The translations under genes were made by a program, and so were the position numbers. This document shows positions 1 through 8,058 of a stretch of 10,535 nt of DNA, in pieces (position 1 is the stretch's first letter; each line of letters begins with the position of its first letter). Origin of the DNA: Promethearchaeota archaeon. GTDB taxonomy: Archaea; Asgardarchaeota; Lokiarchaeia; Sigyniarchaeales; SOKP01. The stretch lies in NCBI GenBank assembly GCA_016926735.1, contig JAFGOA010000033.1, positions 1-10,535 on the forward strand, read 5' to 3'. Below the pieces are notes generated by a model. That model did no database searches, had not been told where the DNA came from, and worked only from the letters and a program-made list of their open reading frames with translations.

Positions 1-153
1 AAACGAGGTTTATTTTAATTGATTAAAGAGATTAAAATCAATGCGGACGTAAATCCTGCAATGAATATCCTAAGAAAAGTAGTTCCCACAACCTTCGATG
101 GTAAGGGAATAGAGGCGATGGTGTTATCGCTTGGAATTGTTATAATTTGTTGA
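1..153 (+). pseudogene. tnpB: 3' remnant of an IS200/IS605 (or IS607)-family TnpB RNA-guided nuclease gene, cut by the window edge
   Basis: Manual translation of frame 1 gives KRGLF*LIKEIKINADVNPAMNILRKVVPTTFDGKGIEAMVLSLGIVIIC*. This matches the typical TnpB C-terminus (RGLF...INADVNGAxNILRK...F.DGIEG) containing the RuvC-III Asp. A premature TAA lies at 16-18, and the usual NGA reads NPA. Not in the ORF track. Confidence 0.8.
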
Positions 154-178
154 TATTATTACAATTATATACAATTCT
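82..178 (+). ncRNA. Putative omegaRNA (reRNA) scaffold or transposon right-end hairpins overlapping the tnpB 3' end
   Basis: Three consecutive stems: TTCCC(83-87)/GGGAA(105-109) with inner ACC/GGT; GCGATG(115-120)/TATCGC(125-130); and a long imperfect hairpin GAATTGT(134-140)...ACAATTC(171-177). The position matches where TnpB guide scaffolds are encoded. The exact element end is not determined. Confidence 0.45.
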
Positions 179-217
179 TAATGGAACGTTAAAGGTTATA
201 CTGGTTCTAATAACATG

Positions 218-1306
218 TTAATTTCTTAATCTATCCCATATTTTTTTGATCTTTAAAGCTTTATCAAAATAAATTTCTATTCTATCCACAGTATCATTAA
301 AATCATGCATTTTTTTTGCTTGATCACAAGCATTTTCAATTAATTTCTTTTTATAATTTGAATCTTTTAGAATTTTTTCAATTCCTTGAATAAAATCATT
401 CAATGTTTTAGCTTTATAAGCCGAAAGATCATGTTCTAACCAGTTAAAGACTTCAATATCTCTTGCTACAATTGGTAAATAACAAAGAGATGCTTCAATA
501 AGTGGAAGACATAAATTTTCTTCATCTGAAGTATTCAATAAAATATCTGCTCCAAAATATGGTTCTCTAATATCTTCATAAAATCCTGTAAAAAAAACAT
601 TATTAAGATTCGATGCTTTCTCTACTTCTGGACTATTATTAATTGGACCTACCCAAATAAAATAATAATTTGGTAAGTTTTTTGCAATTTTACAGAAAGT
701 ATCAACTCTTTTTCTTTTCCAAATTAGTCCCACATTTAAAATAATAATTGCATCCTTAGGTATGTTATATTTTTTGTTAATATATTCACGGAACTTATCA
801 CGATAATTTTTTTTATCTGAATATTTTTTCAAGATTATTCCACTACTGACAGACAATATAGGATAAGTCTGTGTTTTTTGTATTCCTTCGATACATGATT
901 TCGCATAGTCACTTGGTGTAATTAACAAATGTGCTTGACTATACAGAAGTCTAACATAAAGTTTTACAAGCTTGTTGATAATTGAGACATTTGGTAATAC
1001 ATTGCCTTTAAGATCTTCATAAGTAGTATGAGCATGTTGTACGATGGCAGCAGTTTTTCTATATTTTTTTTTTAATTTATAGAGTTGAAATAATGTTATA
1101 GGATCAAAACTAGAGGAGCAAATAATATCAACATTACCTTTTTTAACCCATCCTGGTTTTTTTTCTCTTTGTGGAACCCATACATTATGTTGTCTATTTT
1201 TAAGTTCTTTAATAATATCTTCAGTTGTAACTTCTATTCCTCCAACTGTGTCTAGTTTTTTTAAATTTTTATAAATATGAAAGTTTACAATATAAATAAT
1301 ATTCAT
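218..1306 (-). CDS. Glycosyltransferase family 4 (GT-B fold), resembling CpoA-like lipid glycosyltransferases
   Basis: 362 aa with N-terminal GG (TVGGIE), HAHTTYED, ITPS, NVG...RKRVD, FIWVG, FTGF, and an E-x7-E-like motif (EENLCLPLIEA) followed by PIVARD. The substrate is not certain. Confidence 0.88.
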   Translation of the reverse strand: MNIIYIVNFHIYKNLKKLDTVGGIEVTTEDIIKELKNRQHNVWVPQREKKPGWVKKGNVDIICSSSFDPITLFQLYKLKKKYRKTAAIVQHAHTTYEDLKGNVLPNVSIINKLVKLYVRLLYSQAHLLITPSDYAKSCIEGIQKTQTYPILSVSSGIILKKYSDKKNYRDKFREYINKKYNIPKDAIIILNVGLIWKRKRVDTFCKIAKNLPNYYFIWVGPINNSPEVEKASNLNNVFFTGFYEDIREPYFGADILLNTSDEENLCLPLIEASLCYLPIVARDIEVFNWLEHDLSAYKAKTLNDFIQGIEKILKDSNYKKKLIENACDQAKKMHDFNDTVDRIEIYFDKALKIKKIWDRLRN

Positions 1307-1365
1307 AATTGAATTTATGAATTCAATGAAAAAAACTTAACTTCATTAGGAGATTATCAAAAATA
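1307..1365. promoter_or_regulatory. Divergent promoter region with an 8-4-8 inverted repeat and an SD-like AGGAGA before lipS2
   Basis: 59-bp gap between head-to-head start codons. ATTGAATT-tatg-AATTCAAT at 1308-1327; AGGAGA at 1348-1353. Confidence 0.45.
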
Positions 1366-2370
1366 ATGGATGTTAATAAAATAAGAATATCCAGTGGAAG
1401 TGCTATAGCGCTAGGATTAATTATAGGGAGAAAAATACAGACTCTTCCTACAACATGCTATCTAATGACTTATTATTCTGGTAAATGCATGGCTAATTGT
1501 AGTTTTTGTCCTCAAGCTAGATCAAATCAAGGGTCAGTAGATAAGCTTTCGAGAGTTAATTGGCCAATATTCCAATTTAAGGATTTCATTACTAAAATTA
1601 AATATATGAAGCCTTCTCTAAAATTCAAAAGAATTTGTATACAAACAATTAATTATCCAAATAATTTTCAAGATCTTATAGAAATTGTGAAAGAAATTAA
1701 AAAAGAAAGTTCTATCTCAATTTCAACCGCAATACCCCCTATGAATAAAGAAAAATTAAAAGAACTTAAAATAATAGGAGTAGAGAGAATTGGAATAGCT
1801 CTTGATGCAGCTACAGAAGAAACATTTGAAAAGATAAAAGGAAAAGGTGTAAAAAGTCTCTATTGTTGGAAAACTCATTATGAGAGTTTAATTGAAGCAA
1901 CAGAGATCTTTTCAAACAATTCTGTTTCAACCCATATTATTTATGGATTAGGAGATACACAAGAACAAATATTAAAATTAATATATAACCTAAAAAAAGT
2001 AGGAATATTAACTGCTTTATTTGCTTTTATGCCTATTAAAGATACTACATTAGAGAAATTTCAACGGCCAAATCTGTTTGATTTCAGAAAACTTCAGCTT
2101 GCTAGAGAAATTATAATAAACAAAGAACATTCATTAGAAGATATTACTTTTAATTTAAAAGGAGATATTATTAAAATCAATATCAATAGAAAAGATTTAA
2201 TGAATATTATTAATGAAAATGTTGTTTTTAGAACAACAGGATGCCCTGATTGTAATAGACCCTATTATACATCAACACCATCAGGACCTTACTATAATTT
2301 TCCTAGAATTTTGAATAATTTAGAAAAAAACGAAATATATAATCAATTGAAAGAATTAGTTAATTTTTAG
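1366..2370 (+). CDS. lipS2: Radical SAM lipoyl synthase component LipS2 (TK2248-like, biotin synthase-related)
   Basis: CxxxCxxC motif (CMANCSFC), PTTCYLMTY, LSRVNWP, and C-terminal TTGCPDCNRP, which matches the TxGCPxC(N/D)RP signature. Clustered with a lipoate ligase and a LipS1 gene. Confidence 0.88.
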   Translation: MDVNKIRISSGSAIALGLIIGRKIQTLPTTCYLMTYYSGKCMANCSFCPQARSNQGSVDKLSRVNWPIFQFKDFITKIKYMKPSLKFKRICIQTINYPNNFQDLIEIVKEIKKESSISISTAIPPMNKEKLKELKIIGVERIGIALDAATEETFEKIKGKGVKSLYCWKTHYESLIEATEIFSNNSVSTHIIYGLGDTQEQILKLIYNLKKVGILTALFAFMPIKDTTLEKFQRPNLFDFRKLQLAREIIINKEHSLEDITFNLKGDIIKININRKDLMNIINENVVFRTTGCPDCNRPYYTSTPSGPYYNFPRILNNLEKNEIYNQLKELVNF

Positions 2371-2379
2371 TATGTTTAT

Positions 2380-3159
2380 ATGAATGATTGGAGATTTATT
2401 CCACTTGAAACCAAAAATGGTTATTGGAATATGGCTTTAGATGAGGCAATATTAGAATCAGTAATTCAAAAAAGATCTCCATTTACAATAAGATTATATA
2501 AATGGTCCCCTTCAACAATAACAATAGGAAGAAACCAAAGTTTGCACAATGAAGTAAATTTAAAATTTTGTCAACGAGAAAAATTCGATGTTATAAGACG
2601 AATAACTGGTGGTGGTGCTGTTTTTCATGATAATAAGGGAGAAATTACATATTCAATTATCTGTTCATTAGATTTCTTAAAAAAAAGAAAAGCGTTAACT
2701 ATAATTGAACAATATGAGATTATTACAGATTGTATTACAGTTTGTCTTAAGAATTTAGGTCTTAAAACAAACAAAGGAATAATCCATTGTCCAGCTCTCT
2801 TTTTTAACAATAAAAAATTCTCAGGAAACGCTCAATTAAGAAAAAAAGGAATAATTCTGCAACATGGAACAATTTTATTAGATATAAATCCTGAATTAAT
2901 GTATTTTGCCTTAAAACCACCTCAAAATAGTTCTCATAATAGAATGGTTAAATCTGTAAGAACTAAATGCATTGGTATTAAAAATAGTATACCTAATTAT
3001 AAAGAACAATACTTTGTTGATTCTTTAAAACAAAGTTTTATGAATCAATTAGATATTTCTCTTCTAAATGGAACGATTGTTCAACGTGAAAGAGAATATG
3101 CAAAAAAATTAATAGAGGAAAAATATAAAAATAAAAAATGGTTGGAGAAATATGACTAA
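2380..3159 (+). CDS. lplA: Lipoate-protein ligase A catalytic domain / LipM-like octanoyltransferase (BPL/LplA/LipB family)
   Basis: NMALDEA, RRITGGGAVFHD, KFSGNAQ (catalytic Lys) and LQHGT. At 259 aa it has no C-terminal accessory domain. Confidence 0.85.
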   Translation: MNDWRFIPLETKNGYWNMALDEAILESVIQKRSPFTIRLYKWSPSTITIGRNQSLHNEVNLKFCQREKFDVIRRITGGGAVFHDNKGEITYSIICSLDFLKKRKALTIIEQYEIITDCITVCLKNLGLKTNKGIIHCPALFFNNKKFSGNAQLRKKGIILQHGTILLDINPELMYFALKPPQNSSHNRMVKSVRTKCIGIKNSIPNYKEQYFVDSLKQSFMNQLDISLLNGTIVQREREYAKKLIEEKYKNKKWLEKYD

Positions 3160-4204
3160 AATTTCTGAGCTTATCAATAAAATACATAATAGTAATGCTA
3201 ATTGGACAGATTACTCTAAGATTCTTAAATTAGAAAAGAATGAACTATATCCTTTTTTTAATATAGCTCAAAAAATAAAAAATGATAACTTTGGAAATAT
3301 TTTAAAAATATATATTCCGGGTAGAAAATTTCCTTCTATTAGTATTACAGGAAATCAATGTGAGCTTAATTGTGACCATTGTAATAAAAAATTTCTTAAT
3401 GGAATGAAATCAATTATAAGCAATCAAGATTTAAAAAAATATCTTTTAGATCATTATCAAAATGGAGGAATTGGAGCTTTAATTTCTGGTGGAAGTCTTT
3501 TAGATGGCTCAGTTCCATTATTTAATTTTTTAGATACAATTAAAGAAGTAAAAGCAAAAACAAATTTAATTTTTAATATCCATACAGGATTATTGAAGGA
3601 AAAAACCGCCAAGAAATTAGCAGAGGCAAAAGTAGATGTAATTTCATTTGATATTAATGTAGATTCTGAAGTTATTCATAATATTTATCATTTAGATAAG
3701 AATATAAATGATTATAAGGATGCAATTAACTTTTTAAAAGAATATAAACTTAATATTATTCCACACGTATGTTTTGGATTATATTATGGTAAATTACATA
3801 AAGAATTAGAATCATTGAAATTCATTAAAGAAACAATTGGAGCCCCATCTTTAATAGTATTGATCGCATTGATCGCTCCAAAGAATAATAAACTCTTATT
3901 TAACATACCTAATCCATATGAAATAGCAAAAATTATTACTTTAACCAGAATTATATTTCCAAAAACTGAAATATCATTAGGTTGCATGCGTCCAAGAGGG
4001 AGAGTTAGAGGAGAGATTGAAAGATATGCAATTAAAGCAGGGATTACAAGAATAGAGATCCCTCTAAGACAGACATATAATTGGATTTTAAAAAAATATC
4101 CCAAAATAGATATTAAATTCTATTCTGCTTGTTGTTCAATACCAAGAGAATATGAAGATAAAATTGTGGTAGATCAATTGGATCTTAAGAGATATTTGAG
4201 ATAG
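3152..4204 (+). CDS. lipS1: Radical SAM lipoyl synthase component LipS1 (TK2109-like)
   Basis: FPSISITGNQCELNCDHC (CxxxCxxC), LISGG, NIHTG, and the GCMRP and C-terminal CC (SACCS) signatures. Overlaps the ligase gene by 8 nt. Confidence 0.88.
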   Translation: MTKISELINKIHNSNANWTDYSKILKLEKNELYPFFNIAQKIKNDNFGNILKIYIPGRKFPSISITGNQCELNCDHCNKKFLNGMKSIISNQDLKKYLLDHYQNGGIGALISGGSLLDGSVPLFNFLDTIKEVKAKTNLIFNIHTGLLKEKTAKKLAEAKVDVISFDINVDSEVIHNIYHLDKNINDYKDAINFLKEYKLNIIPHVCFGLYYGKLHKELESLKFIKETIGAPSLIVLIALIAPKNNKLLFNIPNPYEIAKIITLTRIIFPKTEISLGCMRPRGRVRGEIERYAIKAGITRIEIPLRQTYNWILKKYPKIDIKFYSACCSIPREYEDKIVVDQLDLKRYLR

Positions 4205-4210
4205 CATAAT

Positions 4211-5560
4211 ATGAAAAGGATTGAGTTAATTGGAATTCAAGGTATTCCACTAATTAAAAGTGGAGACAATATAGCTGATATTATAATAAAAAAAATTGAC
4301 GAGAACAATATTCATCTAAAAAATAATGACATTTTAATTATTGCTCAAACAGTTATTTCCAAAAGTTTAGGATTAATAAAGAATTTAAGTGAAATTAAAC
4401 CAAGTGAAAAAGCAGAGAAAATTTTTAATGAAATTGAAAAAAAAGTACGGGATGCGAATCTTCCTCTAAAAAATCCACAATTAATTCAAGCAATAATTGA
4501 TGAATCAAATGATATTTTAATAAAAGAACATGTTTTGATAACAGAAACTAAACATGGATTTATTTGTGCAAATGCGGGGATTGATACATCTAATATAAAA
4601 GGTGAGGGGAATATATCCTTTTTACCAGATAATTCTGATATTGAAGCTAAAAAAATTAGAAAATTAATTAAACAGAAAATCAAAGTAGATATTGCTGTTA
4701 TTATTTCTGATTCATTTGGAAGGCCTTTCAGAAAAGGTTCAGTAGGGGTTGCAATAGGTTGTGCCGGAATAGAACCATTATTGGATAAAAGAGGATATAA
4801 AGATTTATATGGGAAAGAATTAAAATCAACATTAATAGGTCAAATAGATAATTTAGCTTCTTCTGCTCAACTTATAATGGGAGAATGTGATGAAGGCCTT
4901 CCCATTGTTCTTATCAGAGGATATTCATTCTCATTATCAGAGAATGGATCAATTATATCAATTTTAAGAAAAAAAAAAAATGACCTTTTTTTGAAGAAAG
5001 ATGAATATATAATTGAAAACTTTCTAAAAGGTCGTAGAAGTTATAAGTCTGAATATTCAAATAGAGAAGTCGATCAAAATATTATTAATGCTTCTATAAA
5101 GATCTCTCAATTTGCACCTAAAGCACATAATCGTATATTTGGGAAATATATTATTCTTAAAAAACAGCAAAGAAAAGATCTTATTGATAAAATGAATCAA
5201 AAACTATATGAAGATCTGACTAAAGATAATAGATCTGAAGATTTTATTTCAGAAAAAATTGCAAAAACACGAAATACCTTTTTAAATGCTCCCATATTGA
5301 TTCTTTTATGTTTAAATATCAATAAATTGATTCCATATCCCGATCAAGAGAGAAAGAATAATGAATTTTTGATTGGAGTCCAAAGTATTAGTTCTTCTGC
5401 AATTTATTTTATTTTAGCATTAGAATCAAAAGGTTTAAAATCTTGTTGGTATTCTGCTCCTTTATTTGCATCGAAAATAGTTCAAAGGGTTTTGCGGTTA
5501 TCTAAGAGTTTAAAACCAATGGCATTTTTCACAATTGGGTATCCAACAAACGAAAAATAA
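4211..5560 (+). CDS. cofE: Coenzyme F420-0:L-glutamate ligase fused to a C-terminal FMN-binding nitroreductase-fold domain (FbiB-like architecture)
   Basis: N-terminal ~260 aa carry CofE motifs GIPLIKSGD, ICANAGIDTSN, ISDSFGRPFR, LIMGECDEGLPIVLIRG and DLF. C-terminal ~185 aa carry nitroreductase motifs RRSY, APKAHN, NAPILI, GLKSCWYSAP and IGYP. Confidence 0.9.
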   Translation: MKRIELIGIQGIPLIKSGDNIADIIIKKIDENNIHLKNNDILIIAQTVISKSLGLIKNLSEIKPSEKAEKIFNEIEKKVRDANLPLKNPQLIQAIIDESNDILIKEHVLITETKHGFICANAGIDTSNIKGEGNISFLPDNSDIEAKKIRKLIKQKIKVDIAVIISDSFGRPFRKGSVGVAIGCAGIEPLLDKRGYKDLYGKELKSTLIGQIDNLASSAQLIMGECDEGLPIVLIRGYSFSLSENGSIISILRKKKNDLFLKKDEYIIENFLKGRRSYKSEYSNREVDQNIINASIKISQFAPKAHNRIFGKYIILKKQQRKDLIDKMNQKLYEDLTKDNRSEDFISEKIAKTRNTFLNAPILILLCLNINKLIPYPDQERKNNEFLIGVQSISSSAIYFILALESKGLKSCWYSAPLFASKIVQRVLRLSKSLKPMAFFTIGYPTNEK

Positions 5561-5604
5561 AAAAAGTTATTTAATTTCACAAAACCACTTAAAAGTGAAC
5601 TATA

Positions 5605-6534
5605 TTGAGTGATAGATATTTATTATTGGCTGGAGGAATTGGTGCTGCTAGATTTATTGAGGGGCTTATAAATGTTATAGATCAAGATAAATTGGATATT
5701 ATTGTCAATACTGGTGATGATATTGAATTATTTGGGCTACAAATATGTCCAGATTTAGATATAATTACCTATACTATAGCAAATATTGTAGATAAAAATA
5801 AGGATTGGGGGATTAAAGATGATTCTTTTATTTGTTTGAAAATGTTAAAAAATTATTATGATATTGGATGGTTTAATATAGGAGATAAAGACCTATCAAC
5901 TCATATCTTTAGAACGGATCTTTATAAGAAAGGATTAAGTAAATCAGAGATTACAAAAAGAATTTGCGAGAAATTAGGTGTTACTGCAAATATTATTCCA
6001 ATGAGTAATGAAAAAGTTGAAACCTTTATAAAAACGCCTAAAAAGCTCTTACATTTTGAAGAGTTCTTTGTTAAATACAAATGTAAACCAAAAATTTTAG
6101 ATATTATCTTCCAAGGAATTTCTAAATCAAAACCAAGTGAGGATATCTTAAAAAAAATAAATTTAGCAGGAAAAATAATAATATGTCCATCCAATCCGAT
6201 TGTTTCAATAGGTACAATATTATCTGTTCCTGGAATAAAAAATGCATTAAATAATGTTAAAGAAAAAATTTATGCAATTAGTCCAATAGTAGAAGGAAAA
6301 GCAGTTAAGGGGCCAACCAAAAAATTCTTGGAATTTTTTAACTTAGAATGTTCTTGTTTAAGTGTAGCGAAGCATTATAAATCCTTTTTAGGTAATTTTA
6401 TCATAGATATAAAAGATAAAAATTATAGATCAGAAATTGAAAAATTAGGGATAAAAACATACTGTTATAATACAATAATGGAAAATTTAGAGAAAAAAAA
6501 AGAGTTAGCAAAATTTGTAATTGATTTACTATAA
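5605..6534 (+). CDS. cofD: 2-phospho-L-lactate / phosphoenolpyruvate transferase for F420 biosynthesis (CofD/FbiA)
   Basis: LAGGIGAARF, IVNTGDD, CPDLD, WFNIGDKD, HFEEF, ICPSNPIVSIG and ISPIV. TTG start; adjacent to cofE. Confidence 0.93.
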   Translation: MSDRYLLLAGGIGAARFIEGLINVIDQDKLDIIVNTGDDIELFGLQICPDLDIITYTIANIVDKNKDWGIKDDSFICLKMLKNYYDIGWFNIGDKDLSTHIFRTDLYKKGLSKSEITKRICEKLGVTANIIPMSNEKVETFIKTPKKLLHFEEFFVKYKCKPKILDIIFQGISKSKPSEDILKKINLAGKIIICPSNPIVSIGTILSVPGIKNALNNVKEKIYAISPIVEGKAVKGPTKKFLEFFNLECSCLSVAKHYKSFLGNFIIDIKDKNYRSEIEKLGIKTYCYNTIMENLEKKKELAKFVIDLL

Positions 6535-6546
6535 GATTTATTTTTA

Positions 6547-8043
6547 TTATGTAGATCCAGAGGGGCTAGGTGATATCTCTTCTTCAATTTTAGGTTCTTC
6601 ATTTATCTCTGTTTCTATTTCTTCTTTTTTAACATAATCTCCAACTGAAGCAAGAATTTCTTTTATCTTACCTTCTTGTTTTAACCTAAGCACTAAACCT
6701 CTACTTTTTATAAATGATATAATCTTTGCTAAAACAGGAAAGAATAACATAATTGGCAATAATAGAATGATAATTGCTTCTGGATTAAAATTTGTTTCTA
6801 TAGATTGTACAATAGCATCTGGTAATCTAAAAACATTCACGAGAAACCATTTTGGATGGATAATAATAAAGCTTATTATTATTAAAACACCTAATCTTAA
6901 TAAAGTATTTATTAAAGTAGAGATGACTAAGTTCTTTACTTTAGGGGCAGAAGACTTTGCTGTTAATGTGTTTTCTGCCTCAGGGTCTTCCCTAAATAAT
7001 CTATCAACATAACTTCCTAAACGTCGAGTTTTTGACGCCGCTTGGATTAATTTTTTCTCTTCAGATTCAAGTTTTTTCTTTTCTATCATCTCTCGGATAT
7101 ATGAGAATCTTTTTTCTTTTTTCAATAGAAATTGTTCTATAGATTCTCTCTCTGTGCCTAATTCCTCTTTTTTCTTCTTAGCTTCTTCTTTAATTTTATC
7201 AATATTGGTAGTAACATGTACAGATTCCTTACGTAATAAGTTTAGTTGGGCTTCCAAACGTTCACGTCTTTTAAGAGACGGTTTTGTTACAGTATCTGCA
7301 TAATTTATTTGAAAGGATATTTCAAGATATAAATAACTGATAATTGCAAATAAAATGATTGGAGTACTGAAAAATTCGAAGAAATTATCAATAGGTATAT
7401 TTGAAAACGAATCGCTTAATGGGTCTATTAATTCATTTAAATTAATTATTCCTTTATCTTCAAGAAAATCATTAATTGGATTGAGCAAACCGAATAAATC
7501 AAGCATCTCTTTAAATTTATCTATCATTAGTGGAAATATAATCATTGCAACCAAAAATCCGATTGCTTTCAAATTATATTTTGTATTACTCTGTATAATT
7601 CCTCTAATTAAGTACATTATTGTAAAAATGAAAATCAATTGGAATATAAGTAAATAGATATCATTTGTAAGAGTTAAAATATTTGATAATAATAAATCAG
7701 GAATCTTTTCAAACGAAGGTATTGTTCCATCTGCAAAACTAAACCAATTACCTAATAAATTCCTGAAGAAGAGGTCCATAAAATTAATCATTTCTTGACC
7801 TCCAATTGCACTAAAAAGTCCTCCAATTAAATAAATAAAACCCATAACAACACAATACAATAACAAGAAAATTATTAGACTGAGTAAATCTTTTAAAGCA
7901 TAAACAAAATCAATTACTACCCAATTATCACCAACCATTAAAACCTCCTCAAAATTAAATAAAGAGAAAAAAATAGTTAAAATCCATACAAACAATAATG
8001 CATTTAAAACCCTTAAAAGTGTTAGATATATTTTTCTTTCCAT
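6547..8043 (-). CDS. Uncharacterised polytopic membrane protein with a central charged coiled-coil-like region
   Basis: 498 aa. About five hydrophobic segments in the N-terminal ~245 aa, a K/E/R-rich helical stretch (~aa 255-370), two more hydrophobic segments and an acidic tail. Starts 15 bp after the DUF58 stop, with GAGGGA upstream. Confidence 0.8.
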   Translation of the reverse strand: MERKIYLTLLRVLNALLFVWILTIFFSLFNFEEVLMVGDNWVVIDFVYALKDLLSLIIFLLLYCVVMGFIYLIGGLFSAIGGQEMINFMDLFFRNLLGNWFSFADGTIPSFEKIPDLLLSNILTLTNDIYLLIFQLIFIFTIMYLIRGIIQSNTKYNLKAIGFLVAMIIFPLMIDKFKEMLDLFGLLNPINDFLEDKGIINLNELIDPLSDSFSNIPIDNFFEFFSTPIILFAIISYLYLEISFQINYADTVTKPSLKRRERLEAQLNLLRKESVHVTTNIDKIKEEAKKKKEELGTERESIEQFLLKKEKRFSYIREMIEKKKLESEEKKLIQAASKTRRLGSYVDRLFREDPEAENTLTAKSSAPKVKNLVISTLINTLLRLGVLIIISFIIIHPKWFLVNVFRLPDAIVQSIETNFNPEAIIILLLPIMLFFPVLAKIISFIKSRGLVLRLKQEGKIKEILASVGDYVKKEEIETEINEEPKIEEEISPSPSGST

Positions 8044-8058
8044 TTTTATCCCTCTTTT

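Noticed and set aside
211-220. Perfect palindrome TAACATGTTA at the GT4 stop codon
   Set aside because: It is short, AT-rich and has no loop, so it is plausibly chance.
4420-4475. Apparent ~10-aa insertion in CofE (FNEIEKKVRDANLPL region) as a second intron
   Set aside because: The frame is open with no stops, and I could not build a BHB fold around it. It is more likely a lineage-specific loop.
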